In this document: positions 28,205 through 38,715 of the stretch, piece after piece
How the letters are laid out: each line of letters begins with the position of its first letter
Numbering within the stretch: position 1 is the first letter of the stretch
NCBI GenBank assembly: GCA_963809485.1
Contig: CAWEJX010000020.1
Location: 1,120,001-1,184,000, forward strand
Direction of reading: 5' to 3'
DNA: 64,000 nt
Source of the DNA: an uncultured Acidobacteriota bacterium
GTDB taxonomy: Bacteria; Acidobacteriota; UBA6911
Notes under the pieces: generated by a model
Databases searched by the model: none
Told to the model about the DNA's origin: nothing
What the model saw: the letters and a program-made list of their open reading frames with translations, nothing else
Translations under genes and position numbers: made by a program

Positions 28205-29827
28205 CTATTTCCCGGATTCCGGTTTCAGCAACTGCCCGCTGAGGCCCAATGTATCATACGTCATGCCGCAAAAAGCCCCTACTTCTTGACCGATTGCCTC
28301 GAATACGGACGCCGCGGATAAGCCCGCAGGTGGGATATGCAGCTCCGCGGCCAGGCGGGCAAAAATTTCGAGATCGGGCAGCGATTCCCCCAGCGGCGGA
28401 ACAGCTTCGCAGAACCGCTGAACCCGCCCGTCGACATTGGTGAATGTCCCCTCTTTCTCCGCATACACGGCGGCGGGTAGCTGGATATGAGCCAAGGCAG
28501 CCGTCGGCTGGTCCCAGAATCCCTGGAAAACCACGCATTCCACTTTGCCCAGGGCTTCGCGGACAAACTCCGCATCCAATCCACGCATCAGGTCGTGTCG
28601 GAAGATATAGAGCAGGCGGATGCGCCCCTCGATGCACTGGCGCAAAATGCTCTCGATTCCGGCACCGGGTGGAAGCAGGACGCCCGCTCCCCGGCTGTTG
28701 GGATTCTTGTCGGCGGTGATTAAAAAATCGTCCGAGTGCACGGCCTCGCGGGATGGTGCCTTCGCGTCGATATTCGTGATGCCGAGCCGCTCCCTGAAGT
28801 GCTGCCGGACGCAGAAAAGCTCCTCATTCGTCATCTGGGGAGAAGCCAGCATGGCCACCGCCTGCGAACCGCTCGCATCGAGCGCTGATTTTATATGCGA
28901 GGCCGTCTCCCGGACGGCCTCGCTCCAGGATGCCTCCTGGAACCCGCCGGCCTTTTTGATCTGCGGCAGTTTCAGCCGGTCCGGCGCGTCGATGGAGTGG
29001 TAGGCATATCTCCCTTCGTCGCAGATCCAGTGGCCGTTCACTTCCTTGTTGTATCGGGGCTTCAACCGGTGGACCCTCTGGTCGTGGTAGCGCGGATTGA
29101 AGCGCTGGTTGAAGTGTATATTGATGTTGCAGCCGCGGCTGCAGCCGGGACATACCGATGGCGCGCTTCCCAGGAACCACACCCTGCATTTGAAGCGGAA
29201 ATCCCTGTCTGTCAGGGCGCCCACTGGACAAATATCGGCAAGGTTGCCGGTGTAGGCGTTGTCGAGCTCGAAGCCGGGCAAAACATCGATCTCGCTCCGG
29301 TGACCCCGGTCGATGACCCCCAGTTCCCCGGTTTTGGTGATTTCGCGGGTAAAACGCACGCACCTCGTGCAGAGGACGCAGCGCTCCTGATCCAGGATGA
29401 TGTATTGCCCGATCGGGGTGGCTTTCTTCCGCTTGGTCTTATTCTCATTGAAGCGCGTATCGTACAGCCCGTGCGCCATGTAATAATTCTGGAGTTCGCA
29501 TTCGCCGGACTGGTCGCAGACGGGGCAGTCCAGCGGGTGATTGGCCAGCAGAAACTCCAGGACAAAACGCCTGTTCTTCAGCACCTCGGGAGTGCGCGTC
29601 CTGACAACCATCCCTTCCGCAACGGGAGTCGCACAGGAAGGCTGAAGTTTGGGATTTTTCTCAATTTCCACCAGGCACATCCGGCAGCTGCCTACAACCG
29701 AAACTCCCGGATGGTAGCAGTAGTGGGGAATCTGAATCCCGACGGTCTTTGCCGCCTCGATCAGGAGCGTCCCTTTGGGTACTTGAACATTCTGTCCATC
29801 AATGGAGAGGTTTACGGTTTCAGACAC
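28205..29827 (-). CDS. nuoG: NADH-quinone oxidoreductase subunit G (short form)
   Basis: PHYCYHP..GSCRMC, HPLDCPVCDQSGEC, RCVLCTRCVRF, CPVGAL and CPGCSRGC..WICD clusters. Confidence 0.93.
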   Translation of the reverse strand: MSETVNLSIDGQNVQVPKGTLLIEAAKTVGIQIPHYCYHPGVSVVGSCRMCLVEIEKNPKLQPSCATPVAEGMVVRTRTPEVLKNRRFVLEFLLANHPLDCPVCDQSGECELQNYYMAHGLYDTRFNENKTKRKKATPIGQYIILDQERCVLCTRCVRFTREITKTGELGVIDRGHRSEIDVLPGFELDNAYTGNLADICPVGALTDRDFRFKCRVWFLGSAPSVCPGCSRGCNINIHFNQRFNPRYHDQRVHRLKPRYNKEVNGHWICDEGRYAYHSIDAPDRLKLPQIKKAGGFQEASWSEAVRETASHIKSALDASGSQAVAMLASPQMTNEELFCVRQHFRERLGITNIDAKAPSREAVHSDDFLITADKNPNSRGAGVLLPPGAGIESILRQCIEGRIRLLYIFRHDLMRGLDAEFVREALGKVECVVFQGFWDQPTAALAHIQLPAAVYAEKEGTFTNVDGRVQRFCEAVPPLGESLPDLEIFARLAAELHIPPAGLSAASVFEAIGQEVGAFCGMTYDTLGLSGQLLKPESGK

Positions 29828-29834
29828 ATTGACC

Positions 29835-30338
29835 TCAGACTTTGGGCCCGATTCGCGGCTGGCGCTTCTGGATAGGATAATCTTTGCGCAACGGATGCCC
29901 CTCGAATTCCTCGTACATGAGAATCCGCTTCAGGTCCGGGTGCCCGGAAAAGCGGATGCCAAACATGTCCCATACCTCGCGTTCCAGCCAGTTTGCAGAA
30001 CCCCAATAGGGAGTCAGGGAATCCACGCCCTTGTCTCCCTCCGCTGCTACCCTCAAACGCAGGCGCCGGTTAAACGGAAGAGAAAGCAAGTGATAAACGA
30101 CGTCGAAACGGGGCTTCCTCTCAGGGTAGTCCACCGCCGTTATATCGATCAACATATCAAACCGAAGCCGGGGATCGTTTTTGAGGAATTCTATGATTTT
30201 TGTCAGGGACTCCGGGCGAACTACGGCTGTCGCATCTCCCTGCGGAGTCATGGTGTCCACGACGCCGTCAGGGCAGTTTTCCCGCAAAAGCCGGAGAGAG
30301 ATTTCGGGGCCTTCCTCAGGACGGTTCTCTAATCCCAT
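29835..30338 (-). CDS. nuoC: NADH-quinone oxidoreductase subunit C
   Basis: ANWLEREVWDMFGIRFSGHPDLKRIL..GHPLRKDYP; start ATG overlaps the nuoA end. Confidence 0.94.
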   Translation of the reverse strand: MGLENRPEEGPEISLRLLRENCPDGVVDTMTPQGDATAVVRPESLTKIIEFLKNDPRLRFDMLIDITAVDYPERKPRFDVVYHLLSLPFNRRLRLRVAAEGDKGVDSLTPYWGSANWLEREVWDMFGIRFSGHPDLKRILMYEEFEGHPLRKDYPIQKRQPRIGPKV

Positions 30339-30682
30339 TTCAGTGCGCCGATTTTCCAGGCGTAGATGAAACCTGCGCCCACAACGACAAAGAACACCAG
30401 CATTTCGATAAAGCCAAACAGACCAAGAGAGCGGAATACCACCGCCCACGGGAACAGGAACGCCAACTCCACGTCGAAAACGATGAAGAGCATGGCCATC
30501 ACGTAAAAACGTACCGGCATGGCGCCTGCATCATACCCTTCCGAAGGCAGTCCGCATTCAAACGGCGTATCCTTGACCGGATGCCTTTTCCTGGGACCAA
30601 GGAAAACAGACGCCAGGATAAAAACTGCGGCGATGCCGCCGACAATTACTGCCATAACGCAGATGGGGATAAGCGGGTTCAT
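30329..30682 (-). CDS. nuoA: NADH-quinone oxidoreductase subunit A
   Basis: PFECG, RFYVMAMLFIVFDVE, GALKWD. Confidence 0.95.
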   Translation of the reverse strand: MNPLIPICVMAVIVGGIAAVFILASVFLGPRKRHPVKDTPFECGLPSEGYDAGAMPVRFYVMAMLFIVFDVELAFLFPWAVVFRSLGLFGFIEMLVFFVVVGAGFIYAWKIGALKWD

Positions 30683-30785
30683 GGCTGTCTGGATTCCTCC
30701 ACTTGCCGCTCACTGTAGCATCGCCGGACACCAAAAATCAATTCCAATGCGGTATCTGAAAAACTCTTTGACACGAAATACACAC

Positions 30786-31001
30786 GTCAGGTACCTCCGG
30801 CAAAGCCGGAGGCAAGCTTTGAACCGCTCAAAGCGGTTGGAGGAGTTGCGCTGGTCTTGAACGCTGACTTACGCGGGCAAAAGCCGACCCTCGCCGAACA
30901 AATCGGCGTATGTCAGCGCTTTTGTCAGCGTATCTCAGCGTTTCAAAATACGGAGCCGTCAAACTCTATGAGTTGCCCGGCAGAGCCGGGGATTTACCAA
31001 T
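30786..31001 (-). mobile_element. Nested element copy 2 (inner IR layers absent)
   Basis: Same end hairpins; GCGGGCAAAAGCCGA joins directly to CCCTCGCCGAAC. Confidence 0.8.
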
Positions 31002-31167
31002 AGAATCAGACGAAATGGAATTCTTGTTCATTCGTGTCTATCGTGTTTAAAAGGTCACTTCGCCGTTGCCCGGACGTATGCGGACCGGCGCGCAGGGGAG
31101 CACGCCGACATTGACTGGCCCTTTGGCACCCACTATTATCTGCGCAGGTCCGACAACGGGAGATGAA

Positions 31168-32448
31168 ATGCCGATGCGATCGATTTTGCTGCTGTTTCTT
31201 GTCATAGGCATGAGCCAGGGCGCTCCGGTCTGCGCCCAGGCCACAGATGCTTCGGAGCTGTTAAAGGCCGCCGACGAGATGATTCAGACGGTAAAGCAAT
31301 TGCGGGGTCTGGAACCCAAATCCCCCATACAGAGGGGAGTCAAAAGCAGGGAGGAAATCTCGCAGTTCCTCAATGAACACGTTCAGAAAGAATACAGCCA
31401 GAGCGAACTGCTGGCCGAGGGGAAAATGCTTCGCAGGCTCGGTTTCATCCCGGCCGGGATGGATTTCAGGGAATTCACCTTGAAGCTTCTGACCGAACAG
31501 GTCGGCGGATACTACGATCCGGACCAAAAGACATTGTTCATTGCCTCCTGGCTGGCAGTCGAGGAACAGAAGCCCGTGATGGTTCACGAACTGACTCACG
31601 CGCTGCAGGACCAGCACTTCGACGTGAACCGGATCCTTGACCAGGACCGCAAGCTCAGCAACGACGACCAGGCGTTGGCCCACCAGGCGCTCCTGGAAGG
31701 AGACGGGATGGTCGTAATGCTCCAGTATCTCCTGGATCCGCTCAAGAGGCACTTTTCCCAGCTGCCCGACCTGGCCTTCATCATGCGTGCCCAGATGTCG
31801 ACCATGCAGTCTCAATATCCGGTGTTCAAGGACGCTCCGCTCTACATCCAGGAAAGCCTGCTTTTCCCTTATGGCTACGGCGCCGCTTTCCTGCAGAAGG
31901 TCTGGGCGAAGAACCCCTCCTGGCAGACTGTAAACAGGATTTATTCGGACCTGCCGGCCTCAACGGAACAGATCCTTCATCCGGAAAAGTATTATGGCGT
32001 ACGGGATGATCCCAAGCCGGTCAGGGATGAGGACCCCGCAGCGCGAATCGGCAAAGACTGGAAGATCGCGTATCGGAATGTCCTGGGCGAATTCTCGCTC
32101 GGGCTTCTGCTGAGCCTTCACTTCTCTGAGGAACGGGCCCGCAGGGCGACGGCCGGCTGGGGAGGCGACCAGGTGATGCTTTTGGAAAACAAAGAGGGAA
32201 AGGATGCGGTCTTTGTCAGCACCGTCTGGGACACGCCCGAGGATGCGGAAAGATTCTATCTCGCCATGCAGGACTGGTTTCAAAAGCGCAGTCCCCAGGC
32301 AGTCAAAACAGATGAGCCACCGGCCGGATTTTCCATCGCCCAGGACGGAGAATCCCACTCCATAAGGCATGAGGGAACGGCAGTGCGTCTCATCATTGGC
32401 CTCCCTGCAGCCGCCGCCGCGGCAAAATTCTGGTCCGTCAACCCATGA
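31168..32448 (+). CDS. Secreted putative zinc metallopeptidase
   Basis: Signal peptide; VMVHELTHALQDQHF (HExxH) with downstream LEGDG. Confidence 0.75.
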   Translation: MPMRSILLLFLVIGMSQGAPVCAQATDASELLKAADEMIQTVKQLRGLEPKSPIQRGVKSREEISQFLNEHVQKEYSQSELLAEGKMLRRLGFIPAGMDFREFTLKLLTEQVGGYYDPDQKTLFIASWLAVEEQKPVMVHELTHALQDQHFDVNRILDQDRKLSNDDQALAHQALLEGDGMVVMLQYLLDPLKRHFSQLPDLAFIMRAQMSTMQSQYPVFKDAPLYIQESLLFPYGYGAAFLQKVWAKNPSWQTVNRIYSDLPASTEQILHPEKYYGVRDDPKPVRDEDPAARIGKDWKIAYRNVLGEFSLGLLLSLHFSEERARRATAGWGGDQVMLLENKEGKDAVFVSTVWDTPEDAERFYLAMQDWFQKRSPQAVKTDEPPAGFSIAQDGESHSIRHEGTAVRLIIGLPAAAAAAKFWSVNP

Positions 32449-32864
32449 CCGGCGGGAAAGATTGTCGCCCTACCATAGGACCGGCCATGAATGCCGACCG
32501 GATCCGGCGCCCGGACGAAAATGCGGATTTCCTATCCGCCTGGGTGCGCGAATTCTCCGGCGCCGTCACCCTCTGCGATTCTGACGGCATCGTCCTCGAA
32601 ATGAACGAAGCAGCAGCCGCGATGTACCGGGAATACGGCGGCAGGAAATTGATAGGCAAAAACCTGCTCGAATGCCATCCCGAAGCGGCGCGCCGAAAGC
32701 TCCTTCATCTTCTGGAATCGGGAGAGCGCAACGTCTATACGATAGAGAAAAACGGAAAGAAAAAGCTCATCTTCCAGGCGCCATTCCACATCGGCGGGAA
32801 GCGAAGCGGCATGGTCGAACTGGCGCTGGAAATTCCCGACCCTCCGCCCCATTTTGTCCGGTAA
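32445..32864 (+). CDS. Stand-alone PAS domain protein (start uncertain)
   Basis: AVTLCDSDGIVLEMNEAA...LIGKNLLECHP. Confidence 0.8.
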   Translation: MTGGKDCRPTIGPAMNADRIRRPDENADFLSAWVREFSGAVTLCDSDGIVLEMNEAAAAMYREYGGRKLIGKNLLECHPEAARRKLLHLLESGERNVYTIEKNGKKKLIFQAPFHIGGKRSGMVELALEIPDPPPHFVR

Positions 32865-33036
32865 AATTCCCTTCAACCGCCGCAGATCTCAGCAAATCCG
32901 CACTATCACCCATGGGCCGCAAATCGCGCATCCCGGCTAAGTTGTAAGTGTTCCTAAGCGTTTTTTCAGCATCCGTCGGCGATATTCGTGCCGATATGAC
33001 TTCTGGTCCACCGGTCCGGGAATCCCCCATTCGCCT

Positions 33037-34701
33037 ATGAAAATGGTTCCTGACGATAGTCATACGGAAGAATGCAGCATCCTGCGGAAGGACAAGTTTG
33101 CGGCACTGGCATTTGCCGCTTTGGCTGTCCTGCTGGGATCCTTTTTGATTGTCGATGGCGTGTCGGGCGCATATCACGATGACGGCATTTACATTACCGT
33201 AGCCAAGGCAATCGCCCAGGGAGACGGCTACCGTTTGATTCATCTGCCCGATGCACCCGTCCAAACAAAATATCCATTTTTATACCCGGCAATCCTGGCC
33301 GTTATATGGAAAATATTCCCTTCCTTCCCAGGCAACCTTCTCTTCATGCAGTGGGTATCCCTTCTCTCCGGAGCCATCGCAGCCGGGCTATCCTATCTCT
33401 ACCTGATTCGCTTCGGTTATTTTTCCAGAGGCGTCGCAGCGGCTGCCGTCGCCCTGTCCGTGACCTTGCCATCCTTCCTGTTTTTTTGCACCTCATGCCT
33501 ATCCGAGATGCCATTCGCGCTGCTTCTGGTGGCGACGATGTGGATGCTGGACCGGCACATCCGCACACCGTTTCTTTCCCGTAAAGCCCAGCTGCTCCTG
33601 GGCGCTCTGGCGGCGCTGCCTCTTTTGTGCAGGGTCATCGGCTTTGTCTCCGTCATCGCCCTGATCTTCCTGGCCTTCCGGCACAGGAAAATTTTGCGCC
33701 TGCCTGCTGCGGCGGCTTCCCTGATTTGCATCCTGTACTTTGGATGGGCTTTGACCTATACGAAGTGGTCCGATGCAACTGTCAGTTCCTCATACTACAC
33801 AAACTACCTGACCTGGTGGCACTCCTTCGGCATTCCTCATTGGGGCCATGTCCTGGCATCCAACGCCTATGATGCGTTTCAGGGATCTTCACTTTTAGCG
33901 CAGCTTTGCCAGCCGGGGTTTCCGGGCTGGATAGATTGGATTGCCGCGCTGATCGGCCTTGCGGGACTGCTCGTCATTTTGCGCCAGGCCGGACATTGGA
34001 GAGTTTTGCCCGTTCTGCTTGCCGCCTATCTCGCCGTTGTTTTGGTCTGGCCCTGGCCGCCATTTCGTTTTCTGGCGCCGGTCCAGCCTTACCTGTTTGC
34101 CTATTCGATCCTGGCGGTTATGGCGGCCTGCAGAATCAGGACGCCGATCTTAAGGTACACCGGAACGGCCGCACTCGGAATTCTAATCCTGTTTAATGCG
34201 GGGTCTTTATACAACGATATCCTTGAAAGCAGAGCAAACAGATACCCGGCCTATATGGTGAGTTATGGATCTCCGGCGGTACGCTGGTCGGATTACGAGG
34301 AGATGTTCCTTTGGATCCGGGCCCATTCCAATCCGGGCGACCTGTTTGTATGCGCAGCAGACCCGATCCTCTATCTGTATACCGGCCGGCGCTCCTTCCG
34401 TCCTTATGTGTCGCGCCCGGGATCGATGTTTTATGATGACCCTGCTCCGGCTTACGGCGCTTTGAGCGAAGTCATGGACAATATTCGGCCCTACAGGCCA
34501 CAATACCTGGTCCTTGCTCCGACTCCCGGATTTTCCGAAGAAATTTCCTATTCCCAGTTTTTGACGGAATCCCAACGAAGATATCCGGGCTGGCTGGAGT
34601 GCGTCTATCTGGGGAAGGATAAAAGATTCGCCATATGGAAGATCAGGCGGGTGCCGCAGTCTTCATTCCATGATGCCGCGCTTCTGAAGAGACGGTACTA
34701 A
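33037..34701 (+). CDS. GT-C fold (ArnT/PMT-like) membrane glycosyltransferase
   Basis: YHDDGIYITVAKAIAQG, KYPFLYP, LSEMPF; many TM helices. Confidence 0.8.
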   Translation: MKMVPDDSHTEECSILRKDKFAALAFAALAVLLGSFLIVDGVSGAYHDDGIYITVAKAIAQGDGYRLIHLPDAPVQTKYPFLYPAILAVIWKIFPSFPGNLLFMQWVSLLSGAIAAGLSYLYLIRFGYFSRGVAAAAVALSVTLPSFLFFCTSCLSEMPFALLLVATMWMLDRHIRTPFLSRKAQLLLGALAALPLLCRVIGFVSVIALIFLAFRHRKILRLPAAAASLICILYFGWALTYTKWSDATVSSSYYTNYLTWWHSFGIPHWGHVLASNAYDAFQGSSLLAQLCQPGFPGWIDWIAALIGLAGLLVILRQAGHWRVLPVLLAAYLAVVLVWPWPPFRFLAPVQPYLFAYSILAVMAACRIRTPILRYTGTAALGILILFNAGSLYNDILESRANRYPAYMVSYGSPAVRWSDYEEMFLWIRAHSNPGDLFVCAADPILYLYTGRRSFRPYVSRPGSMFYDDPAPAYGALSEVMDNIRPYRPQYLVLAPTPGFSEEISYSQFLTESQRRYPGWLECVYLGKDKRFAIWKIRRVPQSSFHDAALLKRRY

Positions 34702-35663
34702 AACAGCGAGTCTCTCTGAGCTTTGGCGAACTGAGGCAGGCAGCTGAATTTTGTCGCGAAGCGACTGGGGTGCTCTCCCCTGTAAGCAATGCTTCGCTCC
34801 CGCAGGCCGGAGAAATGGGACCCCGCCTTGACGAGATACGGAATTCTGCGCGGGTCGAATCCCATGATCCTTGCCGCGGTGCTATCCACCGCCAGCAGGT
34901 TTTTCCCCATCACAACCGCTCCGACATGTTTGGCCGTGCCCATGATCGGGCCGTCGCCCTCCATGCCCGCCACGCCATCCACGACGGCATAGTGGACAGG
35001 CACCGTCAGCGCCAGATCCACGATGGAATTGTCAATCCCCCTCACATGCAGAGGATTCTTGGGCCACCCGTAGAGGATTCCGGGAAGCGTGCCAAACAGG
35101 TTCTTCATGGAAAGCGTTACGCCCATCCAATGGTGCGTCTTCATCTTGGGCATGCTGATCACCACATCCGCGTTCACAACCGGGGCTGAAACATAGAAAT
35201 GCGACAGCCCGGTATAGGGCCCCTTATTCGCAACTTTGACTGCCGGCCCGTGATTCATGTCCACGCAACGGACTTTCGAATCCAGGATGCCCTTGAGAGA
35301 CGGATGGTACACAGAGTACCAGGGATCGCGCCGGTGGCCCGCGGCTTCTCCTACGATCACTTCCTTCGCTCCAAGGCTGAGGCACGCCTCGGCTATCTGC
35401 GCGATGAGCCGGATGTCCGTGTTAATCGGCCGGCTTTGATGGAACTCGACAAAATTGGGCTTCAGGAGTACCCGTTTGCCCTGTAATGCAAGGTTGTCTT
35501 CCACCAGGACGCGCGCGAAATCCCCGTGAAAATCACTGTCCAGGTCCGGAACGTTCAACACCGTCACCGGCAGCGACCTGGCGGTGCAGCCGCCGGTAAA
35601 GCGCCCCAGCCCGACAGCTCCTATGCTTCCGATCCACCAGCGAAGAAATTGCCGTCGATTCAT
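34698..35663 (-). CDS. DUF362 domain protein with Tat signal
   Basis: MNRRQFLR; LKPN, PKMKTHH, DGVAGMEGDGPIMG; ATGA overlap with the upstream gene. Confidence 0.88.
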   Translation of the reverse strand: MNRRQFLRWWIGSIGAVGLGRFTGGCTARSLPVTVLNVPDLDSDFHGDFARVLVEDNLALQGKRVLLKPNFVEFHQSRPINTDIRLIAQIAEACLSLGAKEVIVGEAAGHRRDPWYSVYHPSLKGILDSKVRCVDMNHGPAVKVANKGPYTGLSHFYVSAPVVNADVVISMPKMKTHHWMGVTLSMKNLFGTLPGILYGWPKNPLHVRGIDNSIVDLALTVPVHYAVVDGVAGMEGDGPIMGTAKHVGAVVMGKNLLAVDSTAARIMGFDPRRIPYLVKAGSHFSGLRERSIAYRGEHPSRFATKFSCLPQFAKAQRDSLF

Positions 35664-36535
35664 GGCGTCAATACCTTCCTTTGCGAAAGCGCTATCCATC
35701 CCATCGCCGAGTGGGCGAGGTTCAGGGAATCGCTCTCCGGCTCCGCCAGAATTGCCTGAATGCGGCGCCGGAGCTCGTCCGTTCCCCTTCCGTGCAAAGC
35801 CAGGCACAGGCATACCAGGGCGCAGGTCGACAGCGAGTGCATTTCAGGAAGCGTCCGTTCCAGGAGGTCCAGGTTTTTGTTTGCCAGACGGGTGTTGCTC
35901 TCCCCCAGCGCCAGCACAGCCAGCGCTGTGGTGTCCCAGAAGGGCATCAGGGTGTTGTTGAAGAGAACCTTGTTGCCGTAGTTCCAGCCGCCTTCGGGTA
36001 TGCACCGGTCCTCCAAAAACCGGCGCCCCTCCATCGCCCTCGGATGATTGTCCTTGCCGGCAAGCCTTAGCGCCAGCAGCGCCCACGATGTGGGTTCCAC
36101 CCAGCCGAACGTTTGAGGCACCCATGGCCATCCGGTCAGTTGTGTGTCCAGATCGTTCTCGGCGCTGCGCCGGAAGGTAAGCGAACGGGATTGAAGAATA
36201 TGATGAAGGGCGGCATCTCTCTCGGCGGTGCGCCCTATGTGGTGCATGGCCATCGCCAGCAACGGGGTGTTCCATTTGCCCTCGTCCGGGAACTCTCGGC
36301 TCAAACCGATGGAACCGTCGGCGTTGCGGTTCCTCAGCGCCCACTCGACAGGGGCCTGCGCCCGAGGCGCTTCTCCGGCAGCCACGAATGCCAGGATTGT
36401 CAGGAGAGTCGGCTCGGAGAAAGAAGGCATGCCCGGGGCATAGGGCATCCCCCCGTCCGGATTCAGATGATCGAGCAATGACGTCAGCTGCAGGTTCATA
36501 ACATCCACGGCATTCTTATCGGCCGCCCGCGCCAT
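35660..36535 (-). CDS. Prenyltransferase/squalene-cyclase-repeat (alpha/alpha barrel) protein
   Basis: NPDGG, NADGS, GWPW..WVEPTS, EGGWNYGN repeats. Confidence 0.78.
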   Translation of the reverse strand: MARAADKNAVDVMNLQLTSLLDHLNPDGGMPYAPGMPSFSEPTLLTILAFVAAGEAPRAQAPVEWALRNRNADGSIGLSREFPDEGKWNTPLLAMAMHHIGRTAERDAALHHILQSRSLTFRRSAENDLDTQLTGWPWVPQTFGWVEPTSWALLALRLAGKDNHPRAMEGRRFLEDRCIPEGGWNYGNKVLFNNTLMPFWDTTALAVLALGESNTRLANKNLDLLERTLPEMHSLSTCALVCLCLALHGRGTDELRRRIQAILAEPESDSLNLAHSAMGWIALSQRKVLTP

Positions 36536-36614
36536 ATCTTCTCAGGTCCAGCACAAATTCCGGCTGTGCAGGCCGGCTTCGCCTTTGCCGATTGCAGTTT
36601 TTGGGAAACGCAGG

Positions 36615-37616
36615 TCATACGGCACGGAGACGGACCACGCGGGTGTGAGAGATTCGGTCATGAAAGCACAGGCTTTCCCGGTCGAAAAGACCCCACAACA
36701 GCCCGATCCCCAGGACCAGGAGCGACAGGAGGTAGCCGAAGCACCGGCTTAGCAGCCGCCGCAGCGGAGGCCTCTTTTGGTCGCTGCCGGTTACGCGAAG
36801 CTCCGTGATCATCATCCCGATGGTCTGGCCGGAGGCGACGAGGAAGTAGATGGAATAGATGAAGTAAGTCATCAGAAACAGCACGGCGAAATCAACAAGG
36901 CTCAGGAAATCCAGCACCACGATGCCGGAAAAGAAGTCCGCCGCAATAATGAACGCTCCCGTGCACAATATTATGAAAATAAGATCTATCAGGCCCGAAA
37001 GGGTCCGCGAGAGCAGGATCAGCTTGCCCTCGGAATGCGGAGGCTGCAGCGGGGCCTGATAGGAAATTTCAGGCTCCGAAACCGGCGAGCCTGCCGACTG
37101 AAGGGATACCGCGCTATCGATGAGCTTCTGTATCTCTTCAGGCTCGGGTGCCTTATTCTCGGGCACGGGAATTGGCTTCGGCTCGACGGGCTGAAGTGCC
37201 TTCTGCCGGGGAGCGGGGGGCCGCGGAAGCAAGGGCCTTTCAGGAATGCGGACAGGCATGCGCGCGAGCTTCGGCGAAGAGTTGCGCGCTGGAGGGTTCT
37301 CCGCGGGCTTCACCGGCAAGGCGACGGGCGGCACAACGACGGCCTGAGGCTGAGCATCCAGGGGATGCTCCCTTTTTTGCTTGATGGCCTGAAGCCGCTG
37401 CGACAGTTCCTGCCTCCACGGAGGCAGATCTTCCTTTCCTTCAGGCGCTTTTGCATCACTGGAATAATCCATCTCGATCATGCTGCGGGAACTGCCTTCT
37501 TCCTTGCCGGCAGCCTCCGCCGCTTCTGCCGGCTTTTCCGTCTCCATCTGGTAGCCGCAAACAAGGCACTGTCCCGAATCGCTAATCTCATTGCTTTGGC
37601 ACTGAGGGCAACCCAT
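36615..37616 (-). CDS. RDD family membrane protein with N-terminal zinc ribbon
   Basis: CPQC..CLVC; Pro-rich linker; R..SGLID, GQTIG, FHDRISHTRV. Confidence 0.85.
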   Translation of the reverse strand: MGCPQCQSNEISDSGQCLVCGYQMETEKPAEAAEAAGKEEGSSRSMIEMDYSSDAKAPEGKEDLPPWRQELSQRLQAIKQKREHPLDAQPQAVVVPPVALPVKPAENPPARNSSPKLARMPVRIPERPLLPRPPAPRQKALQPVEPKPIPVPENKAPEPEEIQKLIDSAVSLQSAGSPVSEPEISYQAPLQPPHSEGKLILLSRTLSGLIDLIFIILCTGAFIIAADFFSGIVVLDFLSLVDFAVLFLMTYFIYSIYFLVASGQTIGMMITELRVTGSDQKRPPLRRLLSRCFGYLLSLLVLGIGLLWGLFDRESLCFHDRISHTRVVRLRAV

Positions 37617-37882
37617 TTTCGATAGACTCCTGCGCCGGCCGGGAACTTACAGGCCCGGACAGCTTCTCTGAAAGTAAGCTGCAATATTTCGCGCGCGATT
37701 ATATCATAAGTCGCATACCGCAGGCCGCACTTCGTCTCTTGTGAGTGTCCCGGGAAAAGCCAAAGGCTTTACGGTTGCTTGGCCCTCAAAAAAGCTTGAT
37801 CGCGAACGATAAAGGATAAATGAGATCCCATGCGCAATAAATATCTTGTCAAACATTTGAACCGCAAAATGTCGGATGACGA

Positions 37883-38117
37883 ATCAGGCGCCTCCGGCAA
37901 AGCCGGAGGCTTGAAAGATTGGAACCGCTCAAAGCGGTTGGAGGAGTTACGCTGGTCTTGAACGCTGACTTACGCGGGCAAAAGCCGATGAGGCGCTTCC
38001 GATCCCCGCGGAAAAAATCGGCGTTTGTCAGCGCTTTTGTCAGCGTATTTCAGCGTTTCAAAATACGGAGCTGTCAAACTCCATGAGTCCCCCGGCAGAG
38101 CCGGAGGCACCCCCGAT
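37883..38117 (-). mobile_element. Nested element copy 3 (partial inner deletion)
   Basis: Same ends; keeps the left arm GCGGGCAAAAGCCGATGAGGCGCTTCCGAT only. Confidence 0.8.
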
Positions 38118-38261
38118 GGATTGGTGAGGACACATATCCAAAGCCGTGCCTGTCGAGGATTTGCGGTTATCTGCTCTGCTAGCGGAGGCATATATCAGGG
38201 TTCATTGATGATCTGAAGGGGGAGGATTTGGTATACTTTGTTCAAAGGGGACCGGGGACGC

Positions 38262-38567
38262 ATGAAGATTCGAAACAGGGTCGCGATCGTGGTCCTCGTT
38301 GCCGCCATTTCCTCGTGCTTCTATGTTGTGGCCAGACATTATTCGCCGTCGCTGGTGCTGTGCGTCGTGGAGCATGCGTTGATGCAAAAAGCGCCTCCGG
38401 AGATCCCCCAGGCAGTGCTGCAGGAGCGTCTTTACGCTCTCCTCGCGGCGGCCCCGGATGATAGCGAAAGGATGAAAAAGCTGTTGCGCATCTCCGAACG
38501 GCTGGAAAAGGTTCAGAAGCTTACGCCGAAGGAAACGAATGATCTCCTGGCAAGGGGCAAAAACTGA
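38262..38567 (+). CDS. Small hypothetical membrane-anchored protein
   Basis: N-terminal hydrophobic segment; plausible composition. Confidence 0.55.
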   Translation: MKIRNRVAIVVLVAAISSCFYVVARHYSPSLVLCVVEHALMQKAPPEIPQAVLQERLYALLAAAPDDSERMKKLLRISERLEKVQKLTPKETNDLLARGKN

Positions 38568-38715
38568 AGGAGCGGGAGGAAGCAGGTTCCGATGGATTTC
38601 CCCGTTTTTTCAGCAAAAATTTGGAACTTTCTTAACCCTCGGGATGTCTGAGACAGCAGTACACTTGTTTGGAAGCAGCTGAAAACATGCTGAGGCGCAA
38701 GCCGTGGACAGGCCC

